This document shows positions 45,252 to 55,400 of a DNA stretch of 64,000 nt, piece after piece. The DNA is taken from contig CAMTUP010000015.1 of NCBI GenBank assembly GCA_947084945.1, positions 24,576 to 88,575 on the forward strand. The letters are read 5' to 3'. A program made the translations under genes and the position numbers. The DNA is from an uncultured Ignavibacteria bacterium. GTDB taxonomy: Bacteria; Bacteroidota; Ignavibacteria; Tepidaquicellales; OLB5. The notes beneath the pieces are model-generated. The model was not told the DNA's origin. It was given only the letters and a program-made list of their open reading frames with translations, and searched no databases. Positions within the stretch are counted from its first letter, which is position 1. Each line of letters starts with the position of its first letter.

Positions 45252-45926
45252 TTGAATATCAAAGACTTAAAACTACTTATTTTTTTTATAACAGTATTAA
45301 TATCAGCAAACATATATTCTCAGAGTTTTACAAAGCCAAATCTTCACATACGTTCTGGAAGTATCTTACATAACGGATCTTATACTGATTTATTGAAGAA
45401 TAAACTTGTTACTAAAAGATCCATAAGTGCATTATTTATCGGTTTAGGCGGAGGACTCGGAATACCAACATCTAAATTTTCAGAAACTACAAATCCTGCA
45501 TTTGGTTTACTCGGGCGACTGGAATTTTCATCAACCGGGATTTTTCCATTTGTCATTGGGGGAGAAGTAAATTATTATTCCTTTAATTCACCTGATGAAT
45601 TTCGTACTGTAAATCTTTTGAGCAGTTTCAGGACAAAAGTTCTGGCTTTTGGATTAAATATTGATTATTCACTCTCAAATCTGATTCGTTCTTCTTTCAC
45701 TATGCCGTTCATTGCAGTTGATGTGAAAAGTAACAATATAAAAAGAGATTTTGATGTTGACCGCTCATTTGAAGGACTTCCTGCAACCGAATCAAAAGTT
45801 AGTATTGGCGCTGGTATTGGATTTACTGTTTTTATTTTAGATTTTTCTGTGAAATACAATTACATGAAAGATAACTCATTTGTTTCAGTTACAACTAAAA
45901 CTAAATTCCCTATAATAAGATTTTAA
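45252..45926 (+). CDS. Small outer-membrane beta-barrel protein
   Basis: Signal peptide, Gly-rich strand pattern and a C-terminal ...KFPIIRF. Confidence 0.55.
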   Translation: MNIKDLKLLIFFITVLISANIYSQSFTKPNLHIRSGSILHNGSYTDLLKNKLVTKRSISALFIGLGGGLGIPTSKFSETTNPAFGLLGRLEFSSTGIFPFVIGGEVNYYSFNSPDEFRTVNLLSSFRTKVLAFGLNIDYSLSNLIRSSFTMPFIAVDVKSNNIKRDFDVDRSFEGLPATESKVSIGAGIGFTVFILDFSVKYNYMKDNSFVSVTTKTKFPIIRF

Positions 45927-46616
45927 ATGGACCTAAAATCATACGTTGAAAATATTTATATAATTCCGATACTTATCTTTTCAGTGGTAATACACGAAAT
46001 GGCGCATGCTTGGGTGGCATTAAAGTGCGGAGATTCTACTGCTAAAGATCTTGGAAGACTAACTCTAAACCCTATTCCACATATTGACCTTTTTGGTTCA
46101 ATTTTAGTACCATTGTTTTCAATAATTGCAACGGGCAGGGTTTTTATTGCTTGGGCAAAACCCGTACCAATTGACCCAAGGAATTTCAGTAATTTTAAGC
46201 GCGACGATACACTTGTAACTATTGCGGGTCCTATTTCAAATCTAATTATCGCTTTTCTTTGTACCGGTTTTGTTATTATTATCTATTATATTATGGCAGC
46301 TGTTAATCTTCCCGATGGCTCTTATTTTAATGATTTTCTGAGTTATATGTTTAAAATGTTCTATGCTGGCATATTTCTTAATGTTTCACTTGCTGTTTTT
46401 AATATGATACCTATTCCACCGCTTGACGGCTCACACGTTCTTGCAAATATATTACCTGATGATCTTGCAATGCGTTACAGAAACATTGGATTTATGGGAA
46501 TATTTATCATACTTATGCTGTTTAACTTTATACCAGGTTTTACATCCGTTTTTATTTCAATAATTTCATTTGTTGCAAAACCGTATCTCGGTTTAATTAA
46601 TATATTTATACCATGA
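45927..46616 (+). CDS. Site-2 protease family (M50) membrane metalloprotease
   Basis: HEMAHAW (HExxH) in TM1 and the downstream NMIPIPPLDGS motif. Confidence 0.85.
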   Translation: MDLKSYVENIYIIPILIFSVVIHEMAHAWVALKCGDSTAKDLGRLTLNPIPHIDLFGSILVPLFSIIATGRVFIAWAKPVPIDPRNFSNFKRDDTLVTIAGPISNLIIAFLCTGFVIIIYYIMAAVNLPDGSYFNDFLSYMFKMFYAGIFLNVSLAVFNMIPIPPLDGSHVLANILPDDLAMRYRNIGFMGIFIILMLFNFIPGFTSVFISIISFVAKPYLGLINIFIP

Positions 46617-46978
46617 AAAATAACATAGAAATAAACGAAAATACCGATATTAATATTCTGGAAGATTATTACCCGGATAGACCACTATCAGAGGAAGAAA
46701 CTGTCCAACTCAACAGAAATGTTGGTAAAAAAATACTATCAAGTAAGCGAAGCATTTTCAAGGTTATAAGCCATTTAAAGGCTTTAAGAAGATATTTGAT
46801 GGATAGTGATATAAAATGGTACAGGAAATCAATTGTAGTTGCAGCTCTGATTTATTTTGTAACCCCCATTGATGCTATGCCTGATTTTGCTCCCTTTGTA
46901 GGCTATCTTGATGATATCGGAGTTATTGCATGGACGATCAAATTCCTTGGTAGCGAAATTTCTTCGTTTTACGATTAA
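46613..46978 (+). CDS. DUF1232 (YkvA-like) membrane protein
   Basis: PIDAMPDFAPFVGYLDDIGV is the DUF1232 signature. Confidence 0.75.
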   Translation: MKNNIEINENTDINILEDYYPDRPLSEEETVQLNRNVGKKILSSKRSIFKVISHLKALRRYLMDSDIKWYRKSIVVAALIYFVTPIDAMPDFAPFVGYLDDIGVIAWTIKFLGSEISSFYD

Positions 46979-46991
46979 CTTTAATGCTTTC

Positions 46992-48089
46992 TTATATTTT
47001 CTGACCTTTCCACACTACTTTCCTATCAATAGCAAGCAGTACAGATGTTATAATTACATATATTGCGAAATATATTTCATATAAAGGCATATACAAATAT
47101 ATCTTGTACATTTTAAATTCTTTAATTGCAGGAAAAAGAAATACTGAATCTGCAATTAACTTTGTGATAAAAAAGAAAAGATAATCCTGTACGCTTAAAT
47201 AAGCCCATCCTGTCAGTATTACTGACCCTGTAAGCCATGAAAATATTCCAACAACTATTCCGAAATTAAATATTCCCATTCCTCCTATTACCCAGCGCTT
47301 TTTCTGACGGAAGAGTGTCGTTATATCTAAGCATGGCAGTGTTATATTTTTGGTATCATCATCCAGAGGAAACTGAGTTCTCTTGTATTTACTATCTTTG
47401 TGTATCTTTTGCAATAATAGAAAATCTTCAGTAATTGAAAACTTGATGTTTTCATAACCCCCAATCTTATCGTAAGCATCTTTTCTATATGACATATTAT
47501 TTCCAACACAGCTTATTGGAACACCAACACCATCACCACCTGCTGCTATAGAAAGCAGGTAAAGCCAGTCTGTTGATTGCAAACTGAAAAACAGCCCTCT
47601 GGGTAAAATCACGGAAAACCCTGCTGTAACTCCGGTGTTATCATCATAATAATCCAGCATTCTGCGTATCCAATTACGGTTTACCTTAATATCTGCATCA
47701 GTTGTGAATATTATATCGCCTGTTGTAAGTTTTAGCGCTTGTGCAAGAGCATTGGTTTTACCTTTTAGCTTTTCATATGATTGGGTTACTTCAAAGTACC
47801 TAAGAGATGAATGCTTTTGGGCATATGTCATCATTATTTCTTTTGTCCTGTCAACAGACCTGTCATTAACAAGTAGAACTTCAAGTTTTTCCATCGGGTA
47901 ATTAAGAGCAAGAAGTGATAAAATACAATCTTCTATACTATCTTCTTCATCTTTAGCGCAAATTACAACTGATACCTTTGGTTCAAATGATGATCTTTTT
48001 GCTTTCCTTGAATTAACAAGCAAACCAATAAGCATTATCAAATGCATTAATAAATAAATGCCTAGTAATATGTTTACTATTATATCCAT
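46992..48089 (-). CDS. Family-2 glycosyltransferase with C-terminal TM segments
   Basis: VSVVICAKDEE...LLVNDRSVDRT and TDADI (DxD) motifs; 365 aa. Confidence 0.8.
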   Translation of the reverse strand: MDIIVNILLGIYLLMHLIMLIGLLVNSRKAKRSSFEPKVSVVICAKDEEDSIEDCILSLLALNYPMEKLEVLLVNDRSVDRTKEIMMTYAQKHSSLRYFEVTQSYEKLKGKTNALAQALKLTTGDIIFTTDADIKVNRNWIRRMLDYYDDNTGVTAGFSVILPRGLFFSLQSTDWLYLLSIAAGGDGVGVPISCVGNNMSYRKDAYDKIGGYENIKFSITEDFLLLQKIHKDSKYKRTQFPLDDDTKNITLPCLDITTLFRQKKRWVIGGMGIFNFGIVVGIFSWLTGSVILTGWAYLSVQDYLFFFITKLIADSVFLFPAIKEFKMYKIYLYMPLYEIYFAIYVIITSVLLAIDRKVVWKGQKI

Positions 48090-48119
48090 AAAAAAAGTCC
48101 CGCTCTTTACAACGGGACT
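48090..48119 (-). terminator. Rho-independent terminator of the porU-porV-cargo operon
   Basis: Minus strand reads agtcccg-ttgtaaagag-cgggact, followed by ttttttt. Confidence 0.7.
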
Positions 48120-48148
48120 AAATTAATAATATTCTTCATTAAATCAAA

Positions 48149-51100
48149 TTATTTTACAACAGCAATTTTAATTGAAGCTGTCTCACTGCAACCGCCATTT
48201 AGTTCTAATACAGCAATATATATACCGCTTTGCACGTTTGAAATATCCCATGGTACTTCATTATCCAACCCTTTATTTGTTGTCCCTGCGAGTGTTGTAA
48301 CAAGCTCCCCCGAAAGATCCAATATTTTTATGCTGATACCCGTTACATCACCATTTAGGAAGTAACGGATATTGGTAGAATTGCCGTATGCAGGATTAGG
48401 CCAGTTATACACCTTATCGGAAGGCAGACATGGTAAATTACTTGTTACTCTTGTTATGCTGCCTGAACCGTCATTTGAATGATTTGAATTCCTTAAAAAG
48501 TTCTTCCATAATATCTTTGTTGAATCATATGTCCACTGCGTTTTATATCCGTATAGATAACCATCTTCTGAATATACCAGAAGCCCAAAGTTACCATTTG
48601 AATTAATAATTGCAGGAGTTGATCTAACTCTGCCACCGGTTGTGAGCGGGAAACCATCAAGCACTTTACCGTTTATACTGTAAGCATATACTCTTCCATC
48701 ACCAGTACCAAATATTACTTCAGCAATATTATCACCATTAAGATCAGCTACAGCAACACCACTTGTTATTGAAGTAACATTTGGAATGCTGTATGGAAAG
48801 TTATCCAGTACAACACCAAATTTATTGATAACAAATATCTTATTATCTGCGGTAAGAATTATTTCCTGATGTCCATCTCCATTAATATCACAAATAGTTG
48901 GAGTGGAATTAACTGTTGTGATTCCTAGATTATTTGAAAGAACTGTATCACCGCCAAAAGCACTTGTTCTTAATATTTTATTATCATTTGTTATCTTTAC
49001 CGGGGTAGTTACAGGGTTAATTGGCTGTAAAAATAATATGTTACTTGATACAAGATATTTATAATTATCTGAAATAAAAGTGTAACTACCTGGTAGTGTA
49101 CCATCCATACTCAGAGCTAAAGATCGGATCTTTGAAACTGCTACAGAATCAAAAGTAAAGACCAGACTATCAAGTGAAAACTTCCCTATTTTACCATTTT
49201 GTGTACCAATAAAAATCTTATTGCTTTGTGAAGGCTGCGTTGGAGTTTTCACGGTTAAATTTGGAGTTGTTAATCCAACACCTGCATCAAAGCTCTGTAC
49301 TAACGGAGCAGTTGTGGCTGTATCGATTACAAAACTTATTAAATTAAGTTTATTGCCTGAAACTCCTGTAACAAACTTACTTTGTCCTCCGATATTATAA
49401 TTCAAGTATCCCACTGCAAAACCAGAAGCACTATCTTTAAGCAGACCATTAGGCATATCAACTCTTATTGGATTACCATTATCTCGGAAACCGAACAAGC
49501 TATCATTTACATTTACAAATAACTCATCAAAGTTATTCCCATTATAATCAAATCCGATAGGCTGTGAATTGCCACTAATATCTATACCTACAAACCTTGG
49601 GAAACCTGAAATATTAGCTATATTTCCGCACCTTTCAAAACTAAAGGTCATAACCGGTCCTATCTGGCTAAATGCGCTCAGGCAGACCCTTGAATTAATA
49701 TTTGAATAGCTTTTTGAATTTGGAAAAGATGTTTGATTGAAAATATTCCTGTATATATTTGAAGGTCTATAATGCTCACCATCGTACCAAAAATCAACAA
49801 AAAAACCATCACTTACAATATCACCTATTGGAGTACTAACAACAACACCTATATCCTGCGAGCCTTTCGCTTCCTCAACATCAACACCTCTGTGATTAAT
49901 ATCTGTATTGATTCTATTACTTGAAATCTTTGCATCTATAATATTCTCATCAATATGCCAAACTAATATTCCACCCTGGTAGTTAGCGGTATCATTTTTA
50001 AAACCGGGTAAGCTCCAATCCAGTTCATCAACATCAGTAATGCTTCCTTTTAGTTTCCATATATCCGAACTGTTAAAACCATCAACATCCTGTGTAAATT
50101 TAAGTGAATCCCTTATGCCGTTTTTTACAAAATAAATAGTTTGCCCGTTGCCATATGCGTCACGGTTACGGTTTTCCACAAGGAAATATTCCTTACCGCT
50201 TATTAAAATTTTATAGACCGATTCGTTACCGTTTACATCAAGTGTAGCAGCCTTGGTTGTATATGTTCCGTTTGCGCCAATAAGTATCGGGTCAACCCAA
50301 CCCAGATATTGTTTTTCCCACGCAGAAGGTTCCGGAGGGAAAACACCAAGATAACTGAAAATAGCCTGTCCATCCATTAAACCAAACCTGCCAATTGCTG
50401 TTCTTCCCGTTTGTGTATCAAAAAGATCAGGAAGTCCTAAATGACTTCCAATAGTTGCAACAACAATTCCATTCATTCCAAGTTCTAAATAAATATTCCC
50501 AAACGATGTATTAATAATCCTGTATTCCTGTTCAGGCAAAATGCATGAGCTTGGTATTATTGTTCCTTCATTTGTATAATATCCCTGTGTCGTATCTCCA
50601 TATACTGCTCTTAAACTGCTTAATCCCATATAAATAGAAGGAATATCAAGCTCCCCTACAAACAAGCCTTGTGAAGCAAGATCAACATCTCTGCCAACAC
50701 CTGCATGGAATATTATGAAAGCAGAATTTGAGGCGTTAATCCCAGAAAAATCTATTGTGCTGTCTGCTGAGCGCCATACATCAAAAAATAAATTACCCAT
50801 CCTTTGGAGGTTTTCTGTTCTTCTTGGTGAATAATCCTGCATTTCATTGGGTAAATTACGAACTGATGGAAGTAAAAAATAATTTACTATTAATTTTCCT
50901 TTTGATGATTTGTAGTAATAGTTCTTAAGAAACTCAAGCTTATGAATAAAATACAAACTATCGTGTGGCGGAGCATCTACGGAATCAGGATAATTGTTTG
51001 ATAAATCAAACCTGCCATCTCCTGTTGTCTGAGAGTTGTTATCGGGTTTGAACTGAACCCTGATAGCATACACATTCAGAGTTTCAGGTAAAACTGAACG

Positions 51101-51298
51101 GAACATCTGATTGTTATAATAACTTTCAATTTTACTCTGTGGATGATAATTGATTGGATGAGATAAAATTAACTGTTTATCTGCAATTTTATTGTTCAGC
51201 AGGTTACTATTCTGCGAATACACAATAAATTTTACGGATACTATCAGCAATAGGACTGTTAATACCCGCAAACTCAATAGCGAAATTTTAATATTCAT
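48149..51298 (-). CDS. Large T9SS cargo: M6 (immune-inhibitor-A)-like domain with a degenerate active site, FG-GAP/VCBS repeats and a T9SS C-terminal domain
   Basis: GIVVATIGSHLGLPDLFDT (50415-50470) aligns with the M6 motif G..aHEfGHdLGLPDeYD but lacks H-E..H. Downstream are GRFGLMDGQ and PSAWEKQYLGWVDP. FG-GAP-like segments are CDINGDGHQEII and ADLNGDNIAEVIFGTGDGRVYAY. The CTD is NWPNPAYG...SGIYIAVLEL...IKIAVVK. Confidence 0.7.
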   Translation of the reverse strand: MNIKISLLSLRVLTVLLLIVSVKFIVYSQNSNLLNNKIADKQLILSHPINYHPQSKIESYYNNQMFRSVLPETLNVYAIRVQFKPDNNSQTTGDGRFDLSNNYPDSVDAPPHDSLYFIHKLEFLKNYYYKSSKGKLIVNYFLLPSVRNLPNEMQDYSPRRTENLQRMGNLFFDVWRSADSTIDFSGINASNSAFIIFHAGVGRDVDLASQGLFVGELDIPSIYMGLSSLRAVYGDTTQGYYTNEGTIIPSSCILPEQEYRIINTSFGNIYLELGMNGIVVATIGSHLGLPDLFDTQTGRTAIGRFGLMDGQAIFSYLGVFPPEPSAWEKQYLGWVDPILIGANGTYTTKAATLDVNGNESVYKILISGKEYFLVENRNRDAYGNGQTIYFVKNGIRDSLKFTQDVDGFNSSDIWKLKGSITDVDELDWSLPGFKNDTANYQGGILVWHIDENIIDAKISSNRINTDINHRGVDVEEAKGSQDIGVVVSTPIGDIVSDGFFVDFWYDGEHYRPSNIYRNIFNQTSFPNSKSYSNINSRVCLSAFSQIGPVMTFSFERCGNIANISGFPRFVGIDISGNSQPIGFDYNGNNFDELFVNVNDSLFGFRDNGNPIRVDMPNGLLKDSASGFAVGYLNYNIGGQSKFVTGVSGNKLNLISFVIDTATTAPLVQSFDAGVGLTTPNLTVKTPTQPSQSNKIFIGTQNGKIGKFSLDSLVFTFDSVAVSKIRSLALSMDGTLPGSYTFISDNYKYLVSSNILFLQPINPVTTPVKITNDNKILRTSAFGGDTVLSNNLGITTVNSTPTICDINGDGHQEIILTADNKIFVINKFGVVLDNFPYSIPNVTSITSGVAVADLNGDNIAEVIFGTGDGRVYAYSINGKVLDGFPLTTGGRVRSTPAIINSNGNFGLLVYSEDGYLYGYKTQWTYDSTKILWKNFLRNSNHSNDGSGSITRVTSNLPCLPSDKVYNWPNPAYGNSTNIRYFLNGDVTGISIKILDLSGELVTTLAGTTNKGLDNEVPWDISNVQSGIYIAVLELNGGCSETASIKIAVVK

Positions 51299-51302
51299 TT
51301 AA

Positions 51303-52448
51303 TTATTTCTGGGGTTGTTCTTCGGTTTTCTTTTCCTCGGGTTTTTTAATTGTTGTTTCCTGCTGTCCAAAATTAACTGAAAGCGTAAACCTGAGTGTAT
51401 TAGCCAAAGGATGGTTTTCTTCAATTGTATTGATGTAACTGAAATCAAATCCATACATACTGTAACGAATGCTTGCGCCTAGAGTTATAAATTTTCTTTT
51501 TCCTCTATTAGGATCTTCATAGAAGAATCCGCCTCGTAAACCAATTAGCTTTGGATTTCCGTACCAATATTCTGCACCAACTGAACTTTGTATAGATTTC
51601 ATAACATTATCAAAACCTCCGCCAAAAGAAGTAAATATTCCTTTATAAACAGGATCTGATACTCCGCCTTCTCTTCTTTTTACAAGTAACTTAGCAAAAT
51701 CTGCTGTAATTGTAAAATTATTAAATTCGCTTTGATATAAATCATATGCAAATCCAAGGCGAAGGTTTGTAGGAAGAGGGTCAGCCTGAGCATTATCAAC
51801 ATATGTAACCTTTGGACCGATATTCGAAAGATTAACCCCGATACCAAGCTTGTTATTGATAAATTTCAATTTAGTTTTAGTTGGCTTCCATAGAGTTGAT
51901 AAATCAAAACTTAGGTTATATGCTGTTCCTGTTCCCCGCTCACTTCCAACCGGGTCAACTGCAAGCTTACTGTAAATAAATCTTGTAACAACTCCTACTC
52001 CAAGATCTTTTGTAACCTTTGTGCCATATCCAACAGCAAGAGCACCATCAAACGCCTGGTAGTTTCCTATTTCATTTCCAAATTCATCTGTCTGGATAAT
52101 TTTACCTATATTTAGGTAAGTAATGCTTACTCCAAGAGTTCCTTTTAGTTTCTTCATGTAATATTTACCTGCAAGGAAGTCATAGAACAAATCAGATAAA
52201 CCAAGACCAGGCAGCCATGGTGAGTGAGTTATTGAAATCTGAGACCCCTTTTGGAAACTTAAACCTGCCGGATTCCAAAACATAGCTGATGCATCATTAA
52301 TCATACCTGTACCGGTTTCACCCATACCTGCATTTAAAGAATTTGGTCCTATTAAAAGGAAGGGAACTGCTGATTCACCCTGTGCATAAATACTTCCTGA
52401 TAGCACAACAAACGCAGTAAGCATAAACATTTTAAATTTAAACATCAA
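51303..52448 (-). CDS. porV: T9SS outer-membrane shuttle protein PorV (LptO)
   Basis: 381 aa with a signal peptide. It has the PorV-type N-terminal motif LLIGPNSLNAGMGETGTG...WNPAGL and a FadL-like barrel pattern, and sits immediately downstream of a PorU-like gene (the conserved porU-porV arrangement). Confidence 0.75.
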   Translation of the reverse strand: MMFKFKMFMLTAFVVLSGSIYAQGESAVPFLLIGPNSLNAGMGETGTGMINDASAMFWNPAGLSFQKGSQISITHSPWLPGLGLSDLFYDFLAGKYYMKKLKGTLGVSITYLNIGKIIQTDEFGNEIGNYQAFDGALAVGYGTKVTKDLGVGVVTRFIYSKLAVDPVGSERGTGTAYNLSFDLSTLWKPTKTKLKFINNKLGIGVNLSNIGPKVTYVDNAQADPLPTNLRLGFAYDLYQSEFNNFTITADFAKLLVKRREGGVSDPVYKGIFTSFGGGFDNVMKSIQSSVGAEYWYGNPKLIGLRGGFFYEDPNRGKRKFITLGASIRYSMYGFDFSYINTIEENHPLANTLRFTLSVNFGQQETTIKKPEEKKTEEQPQK

Positions 52449-52487
52449 AATAATCCTCCAAGATATATATTTTTTTATTAACTATTT

Positions 52488-55400
52488 CTACTTTAAAACT
52501 GCTAATTTTCCCGTATTTGTAACCGATAGCCCATCTACAGATTCGACTACCATTTTGTAAATATAAACACCATTTCCCAATGTTTCACCATCTTGATCTT
52601 TCCCATCCCAGTTAATTACAACAAACTTATCTGAAATGTTTTGCTTCTCTATTTCTTTTATAAGTCTTCCAGCTACAGTATAAACTTTGATCTTCACAAC
52701 AATATCAGCAGGATAGTTGTGTTGAAATGTAAATGCAGTATTACTGCTAAACGGATTTGGGTAATTATATATGTTTGTAACCTGTAGTGTGCCTGTTGAA
52801 GTTACTTCAAATTCTATTGTAGCCACAGATGAGTTATTGTAAGTATCCCATGCTTTAAGTTTTAAGGTATGCCTTCCTATAGAAATTCCCGAAAAATCAT
52901 ATTCTAATGTACCCGAGGTATATGATGTATCACTGTTATAATAATTAGTAAAATCATACTTGTTGTTTTCATCGCCATCAAGCACCCCTTCAAGCTTGTG
53001 GCCAAGTGTACCTGTAGTATTAATGCCTGATTCATCAAATAGATCTGCAATAAATTTGAAGTTATCATTTACAATATCACCGCTTCTAAAATTTCTGGTA
53101 TTTACAAACATGCTGATCCTGGGACCTGTTGTATCTATTGCTGCATTTGGATTAATTCCGCCAACAATAAAATTTCTGTTTATACCTGCGCCATCAAACT
53201 GGTTATTAAAAAAATAATTAATCAACTTTCCAGGTTGGTTCTGGTAAGAAATATCTTTTGGTACAATAAATTCTGCTGACCACTTTCCGTTTTGAACATT
53301 TTTGATACCTGAATAAATTATACCTCCGTTTAATTTGAAATACTGAACATAAGGAGGATTACAATCTTCTGATGTTGCTGCATTTCTATCAACATCATAT
53401 ATCTTTAGTACAAGCTTTCCATTGTAATCAGTCCATAAACTTGTATCAGGTTTAACTACGGAACCGTATATCTTTATTCTGCTTAAAGCTTTCATTGTAT
53501 CTCCAGTAAGTCCGCTTATACTATCAATTATAGACCTGAATCTAGGCATTTGAACCCTTATAGTAGGGTCGCACAATAAGATATATTTAGCATCATTTTC
53601 TGAATATGATATTTGCTGCTTTGTACTAAAAATGGCTGCACCAAATCTTTTTTGCAAAAGCAGTGTATCCCTTGGAGTATAAAGATTATTGAAAAGAGGT
53701 CTCATCAATGCATCATTGCCTGATGCATATACAGGTCTCGAAGCAGCGAATGTACCTATTGCACCTTTACGGTTTGCCATCATAAAAAGTTCACCAGCAC
53801 TTATATTGGAAGGATTATCAAACTTGCTCATATCACAGCTTGCAATTGTTACAAACGGGTAGCGGTTTGTATTATTTATTAAGCTTAAAATAATATCCTT
53901 TACAAGCACATATTCATGTGTCCAAACATCCGGACTTCCATGACCCGTAAAATGTATATTTAATGTACCTTCACTCCAATTTTTTGCAATATCAGAATTT
54001 ACCTGAGGCTTTCTTCTTCCCTGGGGCGTGATAACTGTAGGATAATTTGCAAGATATACTTTTTTCTTATCTATATATGGAGGGGTATGCAGTTCGGCTA
54101 AAGCTTCAATCTGTGTTAAATGGCCTATCCTTTCGCAGTCAGGAGCGGTAGTTTTTTCATCATCTGCTACAAAAAGCATCCGATTCTTCCAATAACCATT
54201 ATTTTCACCATTTTCGTAAGCATCTATTTTATTAATGTAACCATTTGCGTCAACAAGTGAATTTGCAGGAATTCTGCCTATAGCCAAATCTGGTTTGCCT
54301 ATTAGATTTTGACCATCTACAACATTCACAAAAAAATCATCTGTTGTAAGACCAGACACCTGGTGAATTTGTGGACTTGTAAGCTCCCACGGTGGTACAT
54401 AGTTACCTCCCTGTGTTATAATATTCTTATAATCAAATCCGCCATCACCCAAAAGACAAACAAATGTAGGTCTTTTGCTCCAATTTTCATAAGCATACTT
54501 TATAAAATCTCTCATAGCAACAGCATCAAGTAAACCACCTGAAAATTCATTAAATATCTGATCAGTTGTTACTATCATAGTTTTTAAGTAATCCGGATTT
54601 GATGTACCAACCTGCTCTCTTTTAATCTTTAATCTTTCTGCAGCAGAAATAAAATCCTTGTGAGTTATAATAATAAAATCAGCTCCATCTGATATGCCGT
54701 GCAAATTTTGATTGGAAACTCTTGAAGAAATTCCGGTTGGAGTCTTGTAACCATTTTCTCCAACTGCAAAGAACCTGCTTAAAGTATTACTTGTTTCTGT
54801 TTTCTGGAATTTAACATTTGAGCTTAAAGTAACTAATGGCTGAATTAATTTCACATCATTGTGAGAAGTTGCATCAAATACCCTTACATTATTGTTAGAA
54901 AACGAAGAGACGTTATATTCTACAACAGCGCTTGTGTTTGGTGAATAGAAATTCAAAAAATCATTTGTAACTGAATTTAATCTCCTTTTATAAAGAATCT
55001 CATACCAGTCAAGATAGCCTTCTGCTTCACCGCTTGATGCATAAAATGTAGATCTTAGTTTAACCTGCTCACCATTTGTTTTCTGTGACTGGTTGATTGT
55101 AAATTCATATGCTATTGTATTTATCCATTCATTAAAGCCTGGGTAAACACAAGATAAAGGATTTGAAAATTCTGACATATTCGAAAAATCATCTTTAACC
55201 AGAAAATAGCCTGTATTAGGACAAATTACCCTTTGAGCAAGTTTTACGCGGTACAAAATATCAGAATTATTCTCAAGTCCGGTTAATGTAGTATTCCATT
55301 CAAATGACTGTCCCGGACGCTTACTGAAGCTAAGCCAAAGATTTCCTTCACTAATAAGATTCGCTTCATCTGGTTCTGTAAAAATTCTCTCAGTAAATGA

